A stretch of 60,487 nt of DNA, filler included, from Squatina squatina (lineage: Eukaryota): the NCBI GenBank assembly GCA_031763465.1. It is 3 parts of 3 records of this genome, joined end to end, with 100 filler letters (N's around TTAATTAATTAA, not from the genome) between each part and the next. Parts side by side here need not be neighbours in the genome. Positions count along the whole stretch, not along the records: positions 37,404 to 60,487 come from JARFOE010000189.1; 2 more parts are not named here. One strand, given 5' to 3'. The first letter of the stretch is position 1. Each line of letters starts with the position of its first letter. The notes beneath the pieces are model-generated. The model made no database searches. It saw only the letters and a program-made list of their open reading frames with translations, and was not told the DNA's origin. A program made the position numbers and the translations under genes. Shown piece after piece: positions 52,370-60,487 of this stretch.

Positions 52370-53021
52370 AAGGGGGAAGTGAAGGTCTACTGGAGAAAGA
52401 ATTGTTAGTGATAACTGTAGAAAACCCATCAGTTCTGAAAGAAAAAACAGAATTGAAAGTGGATTTATCATCTAAACCCTTGGTTATATGCAGAGTTTTG
52501 ACATGATATATAGGAAAGACTGTTTTCTCTGGCTAGGGAGTCAGTCCATTTACGAGTAATTATAAATTTAAATTTCTCACTGGGAATGAGAAGAGTGATT
52601 AGAAAAAAATTCTCTATGTAGAATTGGAGCTTTGGGATGCTTCACCACAGAGAATGATTGAGGGGGAGAAAACATTCTGTTAAGGGAAAATTTTGAAACA
52701 GCTGAAAAACAAGGCAATGGGGAGAGATAAGTAGGATTAGTTTTGGATTACTCTAGCAAACAGTCAGCATGTTGATGTTTTGTGGTATACACCAATGATT
52801 TTAGACTTCAATGTAGGGGGCATGGTTAAGAAGTTTGCAGATGAGACAAAAATTGGCCGTGTGGTTGATAATGAGGAAGAAAACTGTAGACTGCAGGGAG
52901 ATATTAATGGACTGGTCAGCTGGGTAGAAAAGTGGCAAATGCAGAGAAGTGTGAGGTAATGCATTGAGGGAGGGGGAACGACCAATAAATGGTAGGATAC
53001 TGAGCAGTGCAGAGAAACAGA
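52370..53021 (+). mobile_element. Degenerate CR1 fragments (3' end and RT piece)
   Basis: KFADETKIGRVVDNEE..RLQGDINGLVSW.EKWQM at about 52830-52945; decayed 3' end upstream. Confidence 0.65.
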
Positions 53022-54389
53022 NNNNNNNNNNNNNNNNNNNNNNNNNNNNNNNNNNNNNNNNNNNNNNNNNNNNNNNNNNNNNNNNNNNNNNNNNNNNNNN
53101 NNNNNNNNNNNNNNNNNNNNNCTTGGTACCTGTAATTTCACTCAGTATCACTGCCCTCATTTCATAACAAATACCCCTTTTGAAGTTGCTTGCTTAATAA
53201 TTGTTAATAATGAATTAATATTGACAGGTTTCCATGCGAGCTTGACCTACAGACTGATAAGTGTTACTTAAGTAAAATCATACATGTACAATTAATGGGA
53301 ATGAATTATCAATCGATTCAAATAAATAATTAATGCACAGGGTAAATAAATGATTCATTGGCTGAAAGTAATTCCCTGACTAAATAATCTGTTGGCTCAG
53401 AGGGACAATTGATTCAGTACCTGGAGGGAATAAATAAACGATCAATTGCTTCAAAGCAGCTGAATAACTGTCAAACTGAAATAAAATAATTTAGAGTAAG
53501 TTAATTGCCAACTGAAAGAAATGAAGTATTCATGACCCAATTGATTGCTGAACTGAATGGAACTGAATCTGGCAGGAAACGTTCCTCACGAGTTATTCGG
53601 ATCCTGGCCCGGTTGTATTCCAAGTTCCGCATATGTGCTTCATGCCCCCGGGCATGGTCACTCAGTCTGGCTCGGACATGCTCACTTTTTGCGCAGATGT
53701 AAAGAAAAAGCGAAAGAACTCGCATTTATATAATGGCTTTCATGAAGAAAAGGCGCCATACTGGCGAATAGTTGACTTCCTTGTCCCACACAAAACAAAA
53801 AGAAAGACCAGCATTTATATAGCACCTTTCATTCGCTATATTCAAAAGGGAGTTAGATGTGGCCCTTACGGCANNNNNNNNNNNNNNNNNNNNNNNNNNN
53901 NNNNNNNNNNNNNNNNNNNNNNNNNNNNNNNNNNNNNNNNNNNNNNNNNNNNNNNNNNNNNNNNNNNNNNNNNAGACAGGGACCAGTGGAATGCAACAGG
54001 TCCGGAGAATGTGGAGTTTTGCCTCAGAGGAAGCGATTGTATCATAATCATTCACATTTTTACTTATTTATTTTAAGGTTAATCTACTTCATTTTAACTG
54101 ATCAATACTAGGAATTTCTTACACTTGTTTATTTGGTGCCTAATCTGCAGGCCGATAGTTTATTAATTAATTGGCTGCATAAATCCTGGATTAGCTGTTC
54201 TACTGTTGGCCTAAAATCACACTTGAGAGGTTAAACTATTAAAAGTTTAATACAATTAAGCACAACTTAAGAGAAACCAGTCTAGGTTAGTATGGCAGAT
54301 CAGCTGATGTGGAGCACCTGCATAATGCTAGAGGTTCTGGATATTTGAACGTTTGAACCAAGGACATAGGAAGAAGTAGAATCAAGGGA

Positions 54390-55460
54390 TGCAACAGTAG
54401 TTTAGCAAGTAGGAGATAGGACCTTGACATGCATAATCTTGGGATTATTTCCGGGGCCACATGCTAGTCATTGTAGGAATAGATATGAAAATTAAGTGCA
54501 TGGCTGGAGAGATGGAGGAAGAAGCAATTCAGGCCCCTGGGTCATTAGGAATGGTTCGGGGGCAGCAGAGGCTATTACAGGATGGTGGGGCTTCTCCTCA
54601 ACAAGGGTGGGACCGGTGTCATTGCTGAGAGGTTAACCAGAGCTGAGGGAAAAGTTTAAATTAATAGGGCAGGGGAGGAGAAAGGAAAGCAAAAGGGACA
54701 AAGAGAATAACAAATATAAAACAGATCCGAAGGGGAAAAGATTATAATGTGCAAGATTGCAAAAAACAGAAAGAGGGAGGTTTGAATAGTGTATAAGTAA
54801 ATGTAAAAAATATTATAAATAAAGCTGATGAGTTCCAGCACAACAATAATAAATATGGCTTGAGCTAGGGCAGGAATTGGAGCGGAATGTGGCTGATTGC
54901 AAAGTATTCATGGAGGGTGGAGTATCATAAAATGGACAGGTGGAAGTGTTAATCAAAGACTCTATTACAGCACTGGACACAAGGATGATATAGGGGATGG
55001 TGGAAAAACTGAATCTATTTTGATAGAATAACTGATTAAGATGGGAAGTGTTACTCTATTGTAAGTACATTGTAGACCACCAAACAGTGCAGAAGAGATA
55101 CAGGAAGAGATTATGTAGACAACTTACAGTAAAATGCACCAACAACAGGGTTATCAAAATGGGTGACTTCAAATATAAGACAGACTAGGGCAAGAGTTAA
55201 GTCCATGACAAAGAATGGAAGGAGCTTCTACAGTGTGTCCAGGGCTATTTTCTAAATATTTAGATCAACAAAGAAAGGGATAATGTTAGATCTAGGAAAT
55301 GTAGTGGGACATGAGTTGAGGGTAGGAGAACATCTAGGTAATCGTGACCGTAATATTATTAAGTTCAATATAAAAATTTGAAAGGAGAGAGAACAATCAA
55401 AGATAAAAGTGCTTGACTGCAAAAAAAAAATCCAAATTCAGAGAGCTTTAAAAAAGGTAG
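54390..55460 (+). mobile_element. Highly degenerate CR1 (ORF1 esterase end and endonuclease)
   Basis: Remnants resembling WL..W....F..LGH...F.G..LHLN..G and CRPPN, MGDF; purine-rich, many stops. Confidence 0.55.
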
Positions 55461-55749
55461 CTAGCCCAGATAATATGGAAAGAACAATTGGCAAATAAGA
55501 TATGGACAATGAAAATATTCAAGCAGGAGAGGAGTTGGAAAATGTAATAGCTGTTTGATAACCCAGTGCATCTTGAGCTGGAATTTGCAAAGAATACAGA
55601 TAATGTACAGGAACAGGAACTCATAGCACCCCTGGGAAAAAATGACTAGTGTGATACAGTTAACATGATGTGAGTTAGAAATACCCAAGACCAGGAGGCA
55701 AGGATACAAGTTGAAAAAGTTAAATTCAATTAAATGAAGAAGCAATACC

Positions 55750-56600
55750 AACAACCTGCACTTATATAGCACCTTTAACATAGTAAAATATCCCAAGGTG
55801 CTTCACAACAGCATTATATGACAAAAATTTGACACTGAGCAACAAAAGAGGACAGGTGACCAAAAGTCTTGGTTAAAATGGTTGCAACTTAAAGGAGGAT
55901 GGAGAGATTTTGGTAAAGAATTCCAGAGCTTAGGGCCGAGGCAGCTGAAGGCAGAGCCGCCAATGGTGGAGCAAAGGAAATCGGGGATGCACAAGAGGCT
56001 TAATTGGAGGAGCTGCAAGATCTTAGAGGGTTGTAGGAGGTTACAAGGCAAATAGATTGTCATAGTTTGTTCACCAACACTTCAATAGAAGACAATTGGA
56101 GCACCTTTAAAGGCATAATGCAGATAATTGAAGAATTAACACATAGNNNNNNNNNNNNNNNNNNNNNNNNNNNNNNNNNNNNNNNNNNNNNNNNNNNNNN
56201 NNNNNNNNNNNNNNNNNNNNNNNNNNNNNNNNNNNNNNNNNNNNNNATCAAACAAAATTTGGCATTGAGCAACATAAGGAGATATTAAGACAGGCAGGTG
56301 GATTTTATTAAAGGAGGAGAACGAGGCAGAGAGGTTTCGGGAGGGAATTCCAAAGCTTAGGGCCTAGGCAGCTACAGGCACGGCCACCAGTAATGAGGCG
56401 AAAGATATCGTGAATTCACAAGAGGGTGAAATTGGAGGAACTCGTAGATCTCGGAGGGTTTTAGGGCTGGAGGAGGTTACAGAGATCTCGGGGGGCGGGG
56501 GGTGCGGTGGGGCTGGAGGAGGTTACAGAGATAGGGAGGGTTGTAGGGCCAGAGGAGGTTACGGAGATCGGGAGCGGCTGAGGCTATGGAGGGTTTTGAA
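55750..56600 (-). mobile_element. Two L2 3' ends (55750-56050 and 56250-56600)
   Basis: STIGGSAFSCLGPKLWNSLP motif; the second copy has internal tandem duplication of ggaggaggttacagagat units. Confidence 0.75.
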
Positions 56601-57589
56601 CAAGACAAAGAGACATTAAAACAAAAGGGATCGAAATAGACGGAGAAAAGGTGACAAAATAATAAAGACATAATGGAAAGCTCCTTCTAGTAGTGCTGAT
56701 CTGATAAAATGGAACTGGCCCTGAGAGAACGATTTGGATAATGTACTGTGCTGTTTAGTTAGGGGAAGTTGCTTATTTCAGGGAATGATTTGTAAATGTA
56801 ATACTTTCTTTCTTCTCCAATACTGTAATGCTTCTTGCGATTGATGTTGAGTCTTGAGCACCATATAATGATGATCCTATTGTTCTAATTGGTTCCAGGT
56901 CCTCTGTTTCAGTGCGAAACACTAGAATAATGTTCATTATGCTGATTAGTAAATAGGTAGGATTAAATTGTAATACAGCTAATGAGCTGTGGCAATTGAG
57001 GCTGTTGTAAAAATGCGGGCCGTCACTGCGCATTAATGCTTACTCTCTTATCCAATTCAGACACTCATTTATAATAATCAATCAACTAATTCAGCAGCTG
57101 GTTGATTGAAATCTAAAATTCTGACTGACTGGCCAGCAGTTAAGATTCGGTGTGTTTGACAGCTCGTTTGACAATTTGAAAGCGACTAACATAAAAGCGC
57201 ACGCCAGGTTTCCATTCCACATTTCTAACTGTTAACAGCAAGTCCTGAAGTCAACATAAAAATGCTCGATCTGGACCACCTACTAATGCTTCTAGTGAAT
57301 AATGCACCCAGGTCTGGGTTTGAGCAGGAGACGAGATTGAATCAAGGTCACTCAGTTTTTGTACTCACGAGAATCAGTTTTTATTTTCTCCCTCCTACTT
57401 TCTTTCTGCGTGCCCTTATTTACTCCTCGCTTATTGTTGTAAACGGTGGTGGTGCAATAGAGTGAACAAAGCTTTATTCTGAAGTATTCCGCATTGAGCA
57501 TTCACTAATAAAACTCCAACCGTCATGCAACTTCACAATCAGAGTGCTTGGAAAGGAAATCCCCATCTGTGAGTGGCAGAGGGACAAAG

Positions 57590-57935
57590 GCAGAGAGGTC
57601 GCTCTTCATTCGCCTCTGAGTAAAACGTTTGTGGGTTCAATTCCCACTCCAGAGACTTGAGCACCTAGTCCACACCGACACTTCAGTGCGGTGCTGAGGG
57701 AGTGCTGCACTCTCGGTAGTCACCTCTTTCGAAAGAAAAGTTAAACTGAGTCTCCATTTGCCCTTGCAGATGGGCTGAACAGTCTCCTGGCCAATGTACT
57801 CATCCCTCAACCAACGTCAATAAAACAGGTTATCTGCCTATTTATCTCATTGCTGTTTCTGGGACCTTGCCATGTGCAAAGTTGATGCTGTGTTTACCTG
57901 CATAATTTGCTCTGTGTGAAGCTCTTGAGGACATT
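57590..57935 (+). mobile_element. Degenerate Deu-SINE
   Basis: cgcctctgagt..gtgggttcaattcccactccagagacttgagcac..ctgagggagtgctgcact. Confidence 0.75.
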
Positions 57936-57982
57936 TCTAAGATATGGGATGCTGGGTAAATGTTGGGCACGTTGCTCACGAG

Positions 57983-58153
57983 CAATGTTCCCGCTAAGGT
58001 GCACGAGCAGATGCACGGTAATCTGACAGGTCCCGCGCAGGCTGCTTGCCGGCTTTTACACTGTAAATACTGCGCAGGCACAGAAATTTAAAGGAACCGC
58101 ACATTAAAAGAAACAGGCCACACAGAACAAAGTGCAGCTTACAGGAAACATTG
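57983..58153. mobile_element. hAT-type MITE (171 bp)
   Basis: TIRs CAATGTTCCC...GGAAACATTG; 8-bp TSD CTCACGAG/TTCACGAG with one mismatch. Confidence 0.85.
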
Positions 58154-58219
58154 TTCACGAGTGTAACTAATCTCTCCACAGAAATGTAACCAGAAGTGGT
58201 CATAAACATATCTACGTAG

Positions 58220-58686
58220 CAGGGTTTCCATTCCTGCCACAGTACCGAAACAGCCCTTATCAGAATCACAAGTGACATGACTGTGACCATGGTCAACTGT
58301 CCTTCTCGACCTTTCTGCAGCCTTCGACACGGAATCAGCTGCAATGGCTTCTCTTCCCACTCCCACACCATTACCTCTAAGGTCCCCCAAAGATCTATCC
58401 TTAGCCCCCTCCTATTTCTCATCTACATGCTGCCTCTCAGTGACCTCATCCGAAGACACGAGGTCAGGTTCTCCATGTACGCTGAGGACACCCTGCTCTA
58501 CCTTAGTTTGCAGATGACACAAAGCTGGGTGGGCGTGTGTGCTGTCAGGAGGATGTAGAGAAACTCCAGAATGATTTAGACAGGTTGGGCGAGTGGGCAA
58601 ATGCATGGTAGATGCAGTATAATGTGGATAAGTGTGAGGTTATCCACTTTGGTGGCAAAAACAGGAAGGCAGATTATTATCTGAAT
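58220..58686 (+). mobile_element. L2 RT fragment (58220-58500) abutting a CR1 RT fragment (58505-58686)
   Basis: GF...HSTETAL, VPQ.SILSPLLFLIYMLPL.D.IRRH..F.MYA.DT.LY; then FADDTKLGG..LQ.DLDRL.EWA..W.MQYNVDKCEVIHFG. Confidence 0.85.
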
Positions 58687-60059
58687 NNNNNNNNNNNNNN
58701 NNNNNNNNNNNNNNNNNNNNNNNNNNNNNNNNNNNNNNNNNNNNNNNNNNNNNNNNNNNNNNNNNNNNNNNNNNNNNNNNNNNNNNGAATAGTCCAGTCT
58801 AGAGGTAAGAAAGGCATGGAGGAGCGGGAGTGAGTCAAGTCTGTGTCCTGGCTTCCACTTGAAAACTCTTATCTTGCACTGTGTAAATCCAGGAGAGAGC
58901 ATTTTTGAGGCAAATTGTCGCTATATTTTAATTCCTGAATTCAGAATAGACAAAAATTTAAAGTTGTTTTCTGGGCACAAGATGTAAAAAAAAATGGTGA
59001 TTGAGGAGCAATCTTCAGCTGGCTTTCCAACCATTCCTCCCACTGATCCAAAACTCGTGTTGCAAAATATTGATTCAGACCCGCCAGCCAACTTCAATAA
59101 AGCAGGTGCTGAGGGAGAATCCTAACAATGGCTCAAGGGCACAAATGCAACTTCAATTGTATTTGTACTGAGAGAACAGATGTAGCGACAATTTACGGAG
59201 AGATTTAGCCCAATGTTTTTGAACAACAGTGAGACAGTGATCATCACAGAATAGCTTTTCTATGAAGATCACAGCATGGAAGCTATCAGAAAGCCCCACT
59301 GGAATGGCTTGCTTGTCAACGACCATCTGTGATCCCCTCAAACAGGCTGCTATTTGGCATGCACTTAACCACTATGCTTATCGGGATGCTGTCTTCCTCG
59401 CAGAAAGACTCTATGCTGAAGGTATGTAGGAAATGTAACATTGTCGAATGTGATCGCATGAGTGCTTTCTATCTACCACTGCTAAATTAACAATTGAAGG
59501 TTAAGGTAATCCATCATGATGTGCTCTTTGCCTACTGCTTCTAGACTGAATCCTCGAACCTGTGCAGGCTGTTGGGGAAGGCACTGGCTGGTTGCAACAG
59601 TGCACGGGCAAAGGGCAGCAAGGGACTGTGTATTGAGGGACCACTTCTAAAAAGAGCAGCCTCAAACTATTTACTATTTAAAATCTGCCCCAGAGAATGT
59701 ATATAGCACTTTCCTCATCTTTGAATGGTCTTTATCTCCTCATTCTCTCCCCACCAAAAAGAATGCAACCATTGAGCACAGAATGCATGTGGAGCATGAT
59801 GCGCTCTCCATCCCACCCAACAACCATGTGACCTGGGAAAGGTGAAAAACCAAATGGAAACCCAGGCTAATTTGGCTCCAAAAAAATCATGAAATGTATC
59901 TCTGACCCCACCCTAGGCAATTGAAACTAGTCCGGGAGATCACTCTGGTCCTGATGGTTCTATGCAGTACCTACCTCCTTGTAAGGCGTTGTCAGCCCCA
60001 GCTATATCCGGTCCCCACATGAGCCAGCAGCCTGTTCCAGTGGTCCACGATATTCTGCG

Positions 60060-60487
60060 AAAAGAAAGAACCACCTCCTGACCTCCAACCTACATCTGGC
60101 TTTGTACAGCAGAAAATTGTGACCCTTGGTCCTCCCCAACCTACTTAACTGGAACACAATCTATTCCCTAATCACCTTCTTAACCTCAATTGAACCACCC
60201 CTAAGCAATGTCCCCTTTAAGCTGCTCAGGGCTCTGCAGGTCCTGCATAGCTGGTGGGCTGGCTTTTAAATAGAAAAACCGTGCATGTGTGCAATTTTGA
60301 ATGGCCCGTGCAGCCCGTTGGCCAAAAAGAAATTAGAGGCAACCTTGTCCCTAAGTCTACACTTCTCTGAATTGTAGAGTCCCAGCTCTTTTAGTCTGTC
60401 TTGGTAACTAAGATGCTTTATACGGGGAATTCGTCTAGTGCCTCTACTCAGCACCCTTTCCAAATATCTCACATAGAAACATAGAAA
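60060..60487 (-). mobile_element. CR1 LINE 3' region, interrupted by the MITE
   Basis: LERVLSRGTRRIP.IKHLSYQDRLKELGLY..EKCRLR motif; (CATAGAAA)n tail of another CR1 at the window end. Confidence 0.75.
60206..60347. mobile_element. hAT-type MITE (142 bp) inside a CR1 3' end
   Basis: TIR CAATGTCCCC..; TSD CCCCTAAG/TCCCTAAG; reverse-complement similarity to 32272-32415. Confidence 0.82.

Noticed and set aside
53650-53683. p53-like half-sites GGGCATGGTC and GGACATGCTC
   Set aside because: One is mismatched and the spacing of about 14 bp is too long; compatible with chance.

Overview
This is eukaryotic DNA, not prokaryotic: a highly fragmented vertebrate assembly, most likely a cartilaginous fish (shark), judged from abundant tRNA-derived Deu-domain (SacSINE1/AmnSINE1-type) SINEs and CR1/L2 LINEs. 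Three unrelated scaffolds are joined by artificial N44-TTAATTAATTAA-N44 linkers (15945-16044, 37304-37403). Within scaffolds, contigs of about 0.3-3.6 kb are mostly separated by uniform 100-N gaps. Scaffold 1 (1-15944) is AT-rich and non-coding, with decayed transposons, candidate enhancers and a long inverted repeat. Scaffold 2 (16045-37303) carries an LTR + tRNA-Lys PBS + gag-like remnant, an unidentified last exon with 3'UTR, a desmoglein (DSG2-like) exon, an RTE LINE, an AQP4 exon (first NPA motif reads NPV) and two KCTD1 exons, in the same order and orientation as human 18q. Scaffold 3 (37404-60487) starts with a 16-bp satellite showing a 1438-bp higher-order period and contains a truncated LRRTM3 exon fused in frame to a Myb/SANT-like transposon fragment. 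No complete gene, RNA gene, CRISPR array or operon-like system is visible, and I cannot support a claim of a new multi-gene system. The best leads are the ERV remnant, AQP4 NPV, the LRRTM3 fusion, the inverted repeat and the satellite. All family assignments come from recalled sequences, not database searches.
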